Source: Desulfotalea psychrophila LSv54 (lineage in GTDB: Bacteria > Desulfobacterota > Desulfobulbia > Desulfobulbales > Desulfocapsaceae). From it: a stretch of DNA of 32,000 bases. Position 1 is the stretch's first letter, and every line of letters starts with the position of its first letter. Of the stretch, positions 24,753 through 32,000 are shown piece after piece. The DNA lies in assembly GCF_000025945.1 (NCBI RefSeq), contig NC_006138.1:2070001-2102000 (forward strand). The letters are read 5' to 3'. The translations under genes were made by a program, and so were the position numbers. The notes beneath the pieces were generated by a model, which had not been told where the DNA came from, ran no database searches, and worked only from the letters and a program-made list of their open reading frames with translations.

Positions 24753-24822
24753 AGAGATTTTTTCTTCTAATAGGCAACAATTGTGTCTCTTGCCAAGAAA
24801 ATTCGTTTTGATGCCTTGATAA
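24753..24822 (+). repeat. possible degenerate copy F of the intergenic repeat, upstream of the first MFS gene
   Basis: AGATTTTTTCTTCTAATAGGC...TGTCTCTTGCCAAGAAAATTCGTTTTGATGCCTTGAT loosely parallels AGTCTTTTCTTCAAATTGCTGC...TGTCTGTGGTAAAATTTTACGAATGCCTTGAT of copy C. Confidence 0.3.
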
Positions 24823-24894
24823 TTCATCTGTTCTTATGCTAGAAAATCATAGGAGAGAAGCCGCGAAAAAAAAAATCAGTAATAGGTTGAAAAT

Positions 24895-26289
24895 ATGAGC
24901 ATCAAACAAAAAAATGGTGAAGCTTCCACCATCATTTTGGTATCCATTGTCCAGTTTATCACTCCCTTTATGGCCTCCGGGGTGAGTGTTGCTCTGCCCA
25001 CAATTGGTCGCCATTTTTCTGCAAGTGCCTTTCAACTCGGTCTTGCTGAGATGATCTATATTCTGGGCGTAAGCATATTTCTGCTGGCAGCGGGGCAGTT
25101 GGCCGATATATTTGGCAGAAAGAAGATTTTTCTCATGGGTATTTGTGGCTTTATTATCTCTACCTTTGCTATTACCGCCACCAGGTCAATGGGGCAGTTT
25201 CTCCTTGTCAGGTTTGTGCAGGGGCTCAGTGTTTCCTTTATTGCCACCACCACCTTTGCCATCCTCTCCTCCGTCGTTCCGCGGGAGCGTCGGGGAAAAA
25301 GTATGGGCATTGTTCTTGCCTTTGTCTATGCAGGACTTTCAGCAGGCCCAGCTCTGGGTGGATTCATTGTCTTCCAATTTAACTGGCACTGGCTCTTTGT
25401 CTTTGCCGGCCTACTTGCCAGCTTGGCCCTTCTTCTCTGTTTAAAAACTCTCAAAGGTGAGTGGTGGGGTAGCCCCGAGCAGAAATTTGATTATCGTGGC
25501 TGTGCTGTCTATATGCTTTCTCTCTCCTTTCTGGTAGTGGGTGTTGCCGGTCACACTATGGTGGGCGGCTATGCCGCTGCCCTAGTTGTAGCCGGTATTG
25601 TTGGTCTTTCTTTCTTTTTCTGGTTGGAGACCAGGGTGAAATCACCGATGCTTGACGTTCGTATGATTTTTGCTAATCGCGTACTCTTTTTTACGGTGCT
25701 GGCTGCCCTGATCAACTATGGAGCAAGTTTTGCTATTATCTTTTTTTTCAGTCTCTATTTACAGAGCGTAAAGGGACTCTTGCCACAGGTGGCAGGCTCT
25801 GTTCTCATCCTGCAAACCCTTGTTCAATGTATTCTCTCTCCTCTCTCAGGAAAACTTGCCGATAAAATTTATCCGGGAAAAATAGCCACCCTTGGTATGT
25901 TTGTTGGCACCATCGGTCTTGGTATGGCAAGCCTGATCGAACAGGAGAGTTCCGTTGCCATGGTTGCCTTAGTCTTTGTGGTAGTGGGTGTGGGCTTTGG
26001 CCTCTTTGCCTCACCCAATATGACTATTATTATGAACTCGGTACCACAAGAGGCATATGGGCAGGCCTCAAGTCTCACAGCTACGGTACGAACTCTGGGG
26101 ATGCTCACTAGCATGGCCATAGCGTCTCTCTTGGTCTCCCATTTCATGGGCGATACTCCCATCAACAAGGAGAGCATTCCTCTCTTTATGAAGAGTTTGC
26201 AGGGGGCGATGCTGACCTTTACCCTTATGAGTCTGGTGGGTGTCTTTCTCTCCCTGGGGCGAGCCAAGGCGCCAACCAATGAGCCGTAG
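24895..26289 (+). CDS. MFS transporter, DHA2 (EmrB/QacA-like, 14 TMS) family, paralogue 1
   Basis: 464 aa, about 14 hydrophobic segments. Motif A-like GQLADIFGRKKIF. Confidence 0.9.
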   Translation: MSIKQKNGEASTIILVSIVQFITPFMASGVSVALPTIGRHFSASAFQLGLAEMIYILGVSIFLLAAGQLADIFGRKKIFLMGICGFIISTFAITATRSMGQFLLVRFVQGLSVSFIATTTFAILSSVVPRERRGKSMGIVLAFVYAGLSAGPALGGFIVFQFNWHWLFVFAGLLASLALLLCLKTLKGEWWGSPEQKFDYRGCAVYMLSLSFLVVGVAGHTMVGGYAAALVVAGIVGLSFFFWLETRVKSPMLDVRMIFANRVLFFTVLAALINYGASFAIIFFFSLYLQSVKGLLPQVAGSVLILQTLVQCILSPLSGKLADKIYPGKIATLGMFVGTIGLGMASLIEQESSVAMVALVFVVVGVGFGLFASPNMTIIMNSVPQEAYGQASSLTATVRTLGMLTSMAIASLLVSHFMGDTPINKESIPLFMKSLQGAMLTFTLMSLVGVFLSLGRAKAPTNEP

Positions 26290-26434
26290 CGCCTTGGTCA
26301 TCATCGTTTCATTTCTCAGGGTACTGTAATTTTTTTTCTCTGCCCCTCCCTCTTCTACTGAGAAAGGGCCTCTTCTTGCCACTTTCGATCAACGTTTATT
26401 GACTTTTTTTGAAAAAAAAGTACTGTTGCCCAAT

Positions 26435-26443
26435 CAACAGTTG
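26435..26443. promoter_or_regulatory. small palindrome CAAC-A-GTTG flanked by TCAACA direct repeats just upstream of marR (candidate operator)
   Basis: aaTCAACAGTTGtcgtgTCAACAatcaat read directly. No experimental or comparative support. Confidence 0.2.
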
Positions 26444-26471
26444 TCGTGTCAACAATCAATATGGGGTTTCC

Positions 26472-26912
26472 ATGGCTTTTCGAAAAAAGAGTTTAGGCGC
26501 ATGCATTGCGAAAATATTTCGTCTCCAACGTTTAGCGGCCGAGCCCCGTGCCCATGCGCTCGGCATCAGGGAGAGTCAGATCCCATTTCTGGCCTTTATT
26601 CTTGAAAGCCCGGGGATAAATCAGGATGAGCTTTCCAGACAATATTTTATTGATAAGGGTGCTACCGCCCGACAAACGGCAAAGCTTGAAGAGCAGGGGC
26701 TGATCGAAAGGGTAGTTGATCCGGATAACCGGAGAAAAAAACGGCTCTATCCAACCAGCAAGGCTCTTACTCTTGGTCCCGATTTTTACGGAATGCTTGA
26801 TGGCCTCAATGATACCTTCCTGGCGGGGTTTTCAGAAGCAGAGAAGGAACAGCTCCTCCTCCTCCTTGATAAGGTGTCTGTCAATATGTTAAAGCCATCC
26901 ATAAATGAGTAA
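26472..26912 (+). CDS. MarR-family transcriptional regulator
   Basis: 146 aa from ATG 26472 (GGGG 5 nt upstream). Winged HTH QDELSRQYFIDKGATARQTAKLEEQGLIERVVDPDNRRKKRLYPT. The TTG-started extension in the ORF track (26409) is unlikely. Confidence 0.85.
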   Translation: MAFRKKSLGACIAKIFRLQRLAAEPRAHALGIRESQIPFLAFILESPGINQDELSRQYFIDKGATARQTAKLEEQGLIERVVDPDNRRKKRLYPTSKALTLGPDFYGMLDGLNDTFLAGFSEAEKEQLLLLLDKVSVNMLKPSINE

Positions 26913-26924
26913 TAGGTTATAGAA

Positions 26925-28316
26925 ATGAGTTCTAGAGAAGAAAATGAATTTTCCACCGTCCTTCTGGTGTGTATTGTCCAGTTTATCACTCCCTTTATGG
27001 CTTCCGGGGTAGGCGTCGCCCTGCCTACAATTGGTCGGTACTTTTCCGCAAGTGCCTTTCAGCTTGGCCTGGCGGAAATGGTCTATATCCTTGGCTTAAG
27101 CACATTCCTCCTGGCAGCCGGGCAGATCTCAGATATACTTGGTCGGAAAAAGATATTTCTCACGGGGATCTGTGGCTTTATTCTCTGTACCTTCGCCCTT
27201 ACTGCCACCCGGTCCATGGAGCAGTTTCTGGTCATCAGATTCTTTCAGGGAGTCAGTGTTTCACTTATTACCACCACTACCTTTGCCATTCTTACCTCCG
27301 TCGTTCCCGCGGAGCGGCGCGGAAGAAGTATGGGGATTATTATCTCCTCCATCTACGCGGGGCTGTCAGCAGGGCCAGCCCTGGGGGGCGTTATTGTCTC
27401 TCACTTTAACTGGCAGTGGCTCTTCGTCTTTACCGGTCTGCTTGCCAGCCTGGCCCTTTTTCTCTGCTTGAAATCGCTCAAGGGTGAATGGTGGGGCAGT
27501 CCCAATCAAAGATTCGACTATCGCGGCAGCACTGTCTATATGATCTCTCTTGCCTCTCTGATCATTGGGGTAGTGGGGCAGGAAATGGTGGGGGGATATG
27601 CTCTGTACTTGGGCACAGCCGGTATTGCCGGTCTCTGCTTTTTCGGTTGGCTGGAGACGCGGGTAAAGTCACCGATGCTCAACGTTCGCATGATTCTTGG
27701 CAATCGGGTGCTCTTTTTTACGGTGCTTACCACCCTGATCAACTATGGGGCAAGCTTTGGTATTATCTTCTTCTTTAGTCTGTATCTCCAGAGTGTTAAA
27801 GGTCTTTCTCCCCAGGTGGCGGGCTCCCTTCTCATTTTGCAAACCCTTGTTCAGTGTATCCTTGCCCCTCTTTCAGGAAAACTTGCCGATAAAATTTTTC
27901 CGGGGAAAATAGCCACTCTGGGGATGATCGTCGTAACCATAGGTCTTGGTCTGGCAACCCTCATAGATAGGGAGAGCTCCATTGCTATGGTTGCCGTGAT
28001 ATTTGCTATCATGGGGGTAGGTTTTGGCCTCTTTTCCTCGCCCAATATGACTGTTATCATGAACTCGGTGCCACGGGAGGCATATGGGCAGGCCTCAAGT
28101 CTGACAGCTACGGTGCGTACCTTGGGGATGCTCAGTAGCATGGCAATCTCATCCCTGTTGCTAGCTCATTTTATGGGTCATACGCCCATCACCGAGGAGA
28201 ATATTCCCCTCTTTATGAAGAGTCTGCAAAACGGCATGCTGATCTTTACTGGTATGGGAGTGCTGGGTATCTTTTTATCACTGGGGCGGGCTAAACCTCT
28301 GGCTAATAGGGAGTAG
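26925..28316 (+). CDS. MFS transporter, DHA2 family, paralogue 2
   Basis: 463 aa, collinear with 24895..26289 over its full length (roughly three-quarters or more identical by eye). The upstream 11-mer AGTAATAGGTT is also shared. Confidence 0.9.
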   Translation: MSSREENEFSTVLLVCIVQFITPFMASGVGVALPTIGRYFSASAFQLGLAEMVYILGLSTFLLAAGQISDILGRKKIFLTGICGFILCTFALTATRSMEQFLVIRFFQGVSVSLITTTTFAILTSVVPAERRGRSMGIIISSIYAGLSAGPALGGVIVSHFNWQWLFVFTGLLASLALFLCLKSLKGEWWGSPNQRFDYRGSTVYMISLASLIIGVVGQEMVGGYALYLGTAGIAGLCFFGWLETRVKSPMLNVRMILGNRVLFFTVLTTLINYGASFGIIFFFSLYLQSVKGLSPQVAGSLLILQTLVQCILAPLSGKLADKIFPGKIATLGMIVVTIGLGLATLIDRESSIAMVAVIFAIMGVGFGLFSSPNMTVIMNSVPREAYGQASSLTATVRTLGMLSSMAISSLLLAHFMGHTPITEENIPLFMKSLQNGMLIFTGMGVLGIFLSLGRAKPLANRE

Positions 28317-28319
28317 GTT

Positions 28320-28529
28320 ATGGAGCTTGTATGTTATTGCTTTAAATATAGTGAAGAGGATGTCAGGGCTGATATAGCTCGACATGGTCGTTCAACTCTG
28401 CTGGAAAAAATCAAAGAGGCCAAGGGGCAGGGGGACTGTAACTGCGCTGAAAAAAATCCTCTGGGTAGATGATGTCTTGGCGATGTTCACCGTGTTGTGA
28501 ACAAGATTATGGCAGAGGGGAGAGGTTAG
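28320..28529 (+). CDS. small Cys-rich CxC...CxC protein (BFD/CopZ-N-terminal-like), probable selenoprotein with in-frame UGA (Sec51)
   Basis: GGGAG RBS 6 nt before ATG 28320, 4 nt after the MFS stop. MELVCYCFKYSEEDVRADIARHGRSTLLEKIKEAKGQGDCNCAEKNPLGR-[TGA 28470-28472]-CLGDVHRVVNKIMAEGRG-TAG(28527-28529). A hairpin starts 11 nt after the UGA. Without read-through the product is 50 aa (28320..28472). Confidence 0.55.
28484..28503 (+). promoter_or_regulatory. candidate bacterial SECIS hairpin
   Basis: TGTTCAC (28484-28490), loop CGTGTT, GTGAACA (28497-28503). The base of the stem is 11 nt downstream of the UGA, and the loop contains GU. Confidence 0.45.
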
Positions 28530-28778
28530 ACCCAATTATTGATAGAGTGTGGAGAGGGATCGAATCACCGGGCTACCCGCCCCCGGATGCTGGCAGAGGC
28601 ACTATCCCTCAGCATAGTAAGAGGGGGTCTAAGAGCCTCTGGGCGATGTAGAGCAAATTTTGCCAGCAAAGTTCTGGAGGGACATGGCAACAATGGCCTG
28701 CTATAGAGGTTCGTCAGCCGGTGTCTCTTAGCTGTCTTCGGTGGTGCTCAACAGTCAACCGTAGGCCGGCAGAGCCTG

Positions 28779-29276
28779 CTAATACTCATCAATATGATGC
28801 CATTCTGCATTTTCAAGCCAGTTGCCGGGGTCTGATCTTGAGACGAAGTCGACTATGTTCTGCATGATGTGTAAATGTTTTTCTTCTTCTGCTGCCAGTT
28901 GCTCAAAGATCAATTTTATCTTACCATCCTTGGTCTCTTTTGCCCTTTCTAAATAAAAGGTCTTACTCTTCTCCTCAATATCTCGGGCATGTCGATATGC
29001 ATCTATTGTTATTGCCGTTTCTGCTTGGGTAGCTTCTTTTTGCTCCCTCATTTCAATAAAGATATTTCTTACATTTTTCAGCACCTTTCTGTTTTTTACC
29101 TGCGGCACGGCACTCTGCTGACGCAGTTGGTCGATATATTTGTAGTGCTCAACTTCCTCACCGGCCAGTAATGTAAAGATCTTTTGCAGGCCTGGTGAGC
29201 TGCTTCTCTTTACCAAGTCAAGATAATGCTCTTCCCCATCTTTTTCCATCTGCATGGCAAATTCATAGACATCCAT
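28779..29276 (-). CDS. ferritin-like/rubrerythrin-family diiron four-helix-bundle protein (no rubredoxin domain)
   Basis: Paired E...ExxH motifs (EKDGEEHY / GEEVEHY and DIEEKSK / AAEEEKHLH). GGAG 7 nt before ATG 29276; the ORF track TTG at 29315 is unlikely. Confidence 0.8.
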   Translation of the reverse strand: MDVYEFAMQMEKDGEEHYLDLVKRSSSPGLQKIFTLLAGEEVEHYKYIDQLRQQSAVPQVKNRKVLKNVRNIFIEMREQKEATQAETAITIDAYRHARDIEEKSKTFYLERAKETKDGKIKLIFEQLAAEEEKHLHIMQNIVDFVSRSDPGNWLENAEWHHIDEY

Positions 29277-29381
29277 TATCAATCTCCAAACTTGAGTTTC
29301 ATCATGCGCTATCAATTAGGTGCTTGACGTTTTGTCGAGGGGGCCCGGCAAAACGTCAAGGCGCCACATTTTATGGGCCTG

Positions 29382-29573
29382 TTACTCTTTGCTAATACAC
29401 TCTACGGGGCAGGAGGCGATTGCCTCATCTAGGCAATCACTTTCCTCGTTGGCACCGTCGATAACATAGGCCTTAGTCTCATCTTCATTGAAGGCGAATA
29501 CTTCAGGGCAGGTTTCTACGCATGCTTCACAGCCGATACACTCATCTTCGTCAATTGTTACCTTTGCGGACAT
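29382..29573 (-). CDS. small [4Fe-4S]/[3Fe-4S] ferredoxin, Desulfovibrio gigas ferredoxin-like
   Basis: 63 aa. CIGCEACVETCP ... DC ... SCPVECI cysteine pattern and overall similarity to the D. gigas Fd sequence as I remember it. Confidence 0.9.
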   Translation of the reverse strand: MSAKVTIDEDECIGCEACVETCPEVFAFNEDETKAYVIDGANEESDCLDEAIASCPVECISKE

Positions 29574-30108
29574 GATACTCTCCTTGTTTTGATTTTCCCT
29601 GTTCTCTCAAATCAGATTGACCAAGATTTGGTGAAATCGGTACCCTTGCACCTGGCATGGTTCTTCTTTGAGTTTTAGCTCTTGGCTTATTAAGGGCTAG
29701 TTGTTGTTTTCTAGCTAAAATATTTCACTCATCTATAACATTATCATCCTCAACTTCAATAAAATAGGATTATTTTTACAAGTTACAATTTGCTAGGAAA
29801 ACAGGCAGTTGGATAAGCTGTTTTTGGCTGGGGAGAGGGTGGCCTTTTTGCTGAGCCGCTCCCGTGTCAGTTCGACCTGAGGGCAGGGTGGAATAGCTTC
29901 CTGTGAAAATAAAATGTCAGTCGATTGAGGTTATTATCCCTAAGGCGATGTCAGCGCTTAGATTTAATTTCAAATTGCCCAGAGCGAAAGATATAATGTC
30001 GGTGAGGCTATCTTCTCGATTTATGGGGAAGATGCTGCCCTTGTGCTCTGGATGCGGAACTTTTTACGAGGGTGAATGACTATATTTCCGCGGAGTAGGA
30101 GGAACATT

Positions 30109-30546
30109 ATGTCGCTTGTGAAATGGAATCCTTGGCGAGAGATTGAAGATGTTTTTGACCGCAATATTAAGAGAGTGCCGTCCAGGCTAAGTGATCTGGG
30201 ATTTGCTACAAGCGAAGACTGGACTCCCAAGGTGGACATCAGTGAGACCGATAAAGAGTTTATTATCAAGGCAGAGCTTCCTGAGGTAAAACGGGAAGAT
30301 GTTAAGGTGACGGTAGATAAGGGTGTTCTTACAATTTGTGGAGAGAGAAAGCAGGAAAGAGAAGAAGAGGGCAAGACGTTCCATCGAGTTGAGAGATATT
30401 ACGGTAGTTTTACCCGGAGCTTCACCCTGCCTGAAAATGTCGATGAGTCTAAGGTTGATGCCAGCTATAAGGACGGGATGCTCAATTTGAAAATTGAAAA
30501 AACTGAAGAGGCAAAACCGACAAGTATTGAGGTGGAGATTAAGTAG
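30109..30546 (+). CDS. Hsp20/alpha-crystallin family small heat-shock protein
   Basis: AGGAGG 6 nt before ATG 30109. MSLVKWNPW..., alpha-crystallin core PKVDISETDKEFIIKAELPEVKREDVKVTV, and ASYKDGMLNLKIEK. Confidence 0.92.
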   Translation: MSLVKWNPWREIEDVFDRNIKRVPSRLSDLGFATSEDWTPKVDISETDKEFIIKAELPEVKREDVKVTVDKGVLTICGERKQEREEEGKTFHRVERYYGSFTRSFTLPENVDESKVDASYKDGMLNLKIEKTEEAKPTSIEVEIK

Positions 30547-30730
30547 CTTCTCTTTTCTTTTCAGCTTTGGCTTCAAACCATGGGGCGGGGCAGAGCAGCC
30601 CCTCCTCGTGGGGCCGAGGCTTGACTATCATTTGTCAACAGTATCTTGCAATGATAAACCCACCACTGCCACTCTCATTACGGGGCGAGATTTATTGCTT
30701 CAATTCACCGTAATTCTAAGCGCATATCGT

Positions 30731-31606
30731 TTATTCTGCTCTCTTTGTTTTGGAATAGTCGCTGGGGCTGTTGCCAAAATAGCGTTTAAATTCTCGACTG
30801 AACTGGGTGCTACTCTCATAGCCCACCTCAGCTGCCGCTTCACTGACTCGCATTCTCTGCCCGATGAGGAGGGAGTGCGCTCTGCTTAAGCGGATTTTTT
30901 TGATATATTGGATGGGGGTTGAGGCGGTTATCTCCTTAAAAACACGGTGGAAGACAGAGGGACTCATGTTGACTAGCTGGGAGAGTTGTTCTACGGCAAT
31001 GCCCTGCTGATAGTGTGTATCTATGAACTTTAAGGCCCTGTCGATTTGGGAGAGCCTGCTATTGTTGCTGGCAAGGGCATAGAGAGAGGCGGCGCCCTCG
31101 GCACAGATAAGACGAAACATTAACTCCTGGATAAGTGCTTCGCCAAGGATGTGGCTTTCCAGTGGTGTTTGCAGTGCTTGCAGTAATCTTCTTAGGGTCT
31201 CGTTTATAGTAGAACTTCTCCTGCCAAGAAAAAGGCCCTGTTGCTCTTTAGCATAGGAGGGAGGGGGGCGCTGGTCGCCGAGCTGAATGATGATGTGGTT
31301 GAGCTGTTGGACATCAATGTCTACCATCATCAGGAGCACTGGCTTTTGTGTCGTCGCGCAGGTCTCGCACTCTGCAGGGATGGGCACCGTTAGTACCAGG
31401 TAATTTTCGGGATTGTACTCATATATTTTGTCATCGAGGTATACCCTCTTTGAGCCCTGACCGACAAAGAGAACTCCTTGTTTGTAGCAGAGCGGGCCCC
31501 GGGGTGAATAGGCACTTGCCTTAAATATTTTAATTCTGGAGAGGGAGGTTTCGTTGAGCCCCTCCTCCGTCGCCAGATTGTTCATCAGTTCGCCTATGGT
31601 TTGCAT
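30731..31606 (-). CDS. AraC-family transcriptional regulator (AraC_N + HTH, YqhC-like)
   Basis: C-terminal double HTH (VEQLSQLVNMSPSVFHRVFKEITASTPIQYIKKIRL...VSEAAAEVGYESSTQFSREFKRYFGNSP). GGGG 5 nt before ATG 31606; the upstream ATG 31642 lacks an RBS. Confidence 0.85.
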   Translation of the reverse strand: MQTIGELMNNLATEEGLNETSLSRIKIFKASAYSPRGPLCYKQGVLFVGQGSKRVYLDDKIYEYNPENYLVLTVPIPAECETCATTQKPVLLMMVDIDVQQLNHIIIQLGDQRPPPSYAKEQQGLFLGRRSSTINETLRRLLQALQTPLESHILGEALIQELMFRLICAEGAASLYALASNNSRLSQIDRALKFIDTHYQQGIAVEQLSQLVNMSPSVFHRVFKEITASTPIQYIKKIRLSRAHSLLIGQRMRVSEAAAEVGYESSTQFSREFKRYFGNSPSDYSKTKRAE

Positions 31607-31794
31607 GCTATCCCCTTTTATAAGATGTGATTCTTTCACCATAACAGGTCGGCCCGGTAATGCGATTATTTATAGGGGCAGTAGGATTAGGCATGAAAAT
31701 GATGGCTTTGTGTCTTCTCTTTTTTTCAAATTTATTTAAATATTAGCTGATGTAACAAAACATGTAGATTGCGGCTAAGCAGCTCTCTATTTAT

Positions 31795-31939
31795 GGGAAC
31801 CATGAAAAATAGTCTTTTCTTCAAATTGCTGCGTTATTCGAAAAATTCTATCCTCGAAATATTGCCTATATGTCTGTGGTAAAATTTTACGAATGCCTTG
31901 ATCTTTATTGAAAAATCCTAATTTTTCAAGCCACCCTTA
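31795..31939 (+). repeat. dispersed intergenic repeat, copy C (full length, plus orientation)
   Basis: See copy A. Contains a perfect 9-bp AT hairpin, TTGAAAAAT-ccta-ATTTTTCAA, at 31908-31929. Confidence 0.85.
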
Positions 31940-31960
31940 TAACAAAAAAAGGATATCACT

Positions 31961-32000
31961 ATGTTGAATTTTAGTTTTTATAACCCGACAAATATTGTTT
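31961..32000 (+). CDS. 5' end of an iron-containing alcohol dehydrogenase (YqhD/butanol dehydrogenase-like), truncated by the window
   Basis: MLNFSFYNPTNIV matches the characteristic M-x-N-F-x-(F/Y)-x-N-PT-x-I N-terminus of group III ADHs. Divergent from the AraC/YqhC-like gene. Only 13 codons are visible. Confidence 0.5.
   Translation, partial: MLNFSFYNPTNIV

Noticed and set aside
26409-26471. TTG-initiated extension of the MarR ORF (MKKKYCCPINSCRVNNQYGVS)
   Set aside because: It is a non-ATG start within an A/T homopolymer palindrome. ATG 26472 with GGGG upstream gives a canonical 146-aa MarR.
28551-28575. tRNA T-arm-like GATCGAATC
   Set aside because: The flanking bases do not form a T stem or an acceptor stem. 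No cloverleaf is possible.
28469-28651. 60-aa ORF MMSWRCSPCCEQDYG...
   Set aside because: It is out of frame with the well-supported small CxC gene, has no RBS, and overlaps the proposed Sec read-through and SECIS region.
28670-28765. SAM-I riboswitch-like fragments (GGAGGGAC..TGGC, GGTGCTCAAC)
   Set aside because: Only short fragments resemble the consensus. The P1-P4 helices cannot be drawn, and no gene lies downstream on that strand.
30084-30111. RNA-thermometer idea: UUUCC pairing with the GGAGG Shine-Dalgarno of hsp20
   Set aside because: There are only 5 pairs, two of them G-U wobbles, and no extended ROSE- or fourU-like structure. This is too weak to claim.
30021-30576. Minus-strand ORFs 30021-30374 and 30187-30576
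   Set aside because: They are antisense to the strongly supported Hsp20 gene and have Ser/Leu-rich composition.
30494-30889. 131-aa plus-strand ORF downstream of hsp20
   Set aside because: It starts inside hsp20 in another frame, overlaps the 3' end of the AraC gene antisense, and has no motif or RBS.

Overview
The window reads as bacterial chromosome, roughly 50% G+C by eye. Gene content suggests a sulfate-reducer-type deltaproteobacterium (Desulfobulbales-like), based on a Desulfovibrio gigas-type ferredoxin, a probable selenoprotein and the lipid cluster; this taxon call is a guess. Layout: (i) nt 1-~780 is a visibly AT-rich segment holding the 3' end of a STAS-like/DUF4325-type gene and two small ORFs. 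(ii) nt 977-24633 is one uninterrupted minus-strand array of 26 genes, many joined by ATGA/GTGA start-stop overlaps. It encodes an aryl-polyene (APE)-like type II FAS/PKS lipid pathway: 3 ACPs, 3 complete ketosynthases, 2 Cys-less half-ketosynthases, KR, 2 hotdog dehydratases, thioesterase, adenylating enzyme, PlsC- and LpxL-type acyltransferases, GT2, LolA-like protein, MMPL exporter and a DUF3261 lipoprotein. It also carries genes I do not associate with canonical APE clusters: a B12-binding radical SAM enzyme, a SPASM radical SAM enzyme, a CrtI-family flavoenzyme, a BtrH-like transferase and an ABC-2 exporter. No enoyl reductase is present. This is the main candidate for an undescribed system. 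(iii) nt 24895-28529 holds two paralogous 14-TMS MFS genes with a MarR gene between them. They are followed by a small CxC protein whose TGA is probably decoded as selenocysteine (in-frame extension plus a hairpin 11 nt downstream); this gene is missing from the ORF track. (iv) nt 28779-32000 holds redox/stress genes: ferritin-like diiron protein, ferredoxin, Hsp20, and an AraC/YqhC-like regulator divergent from a truncated Fe-alcohol dehydrogenase. A dispersed intergenic repeat family (at least 5 copies or fragments) fills the larger intergenic gaps. No rRNA, tRNA, CRISPR array or transposase was recognised. All homology calls come from motif recognition by eye, not searches.
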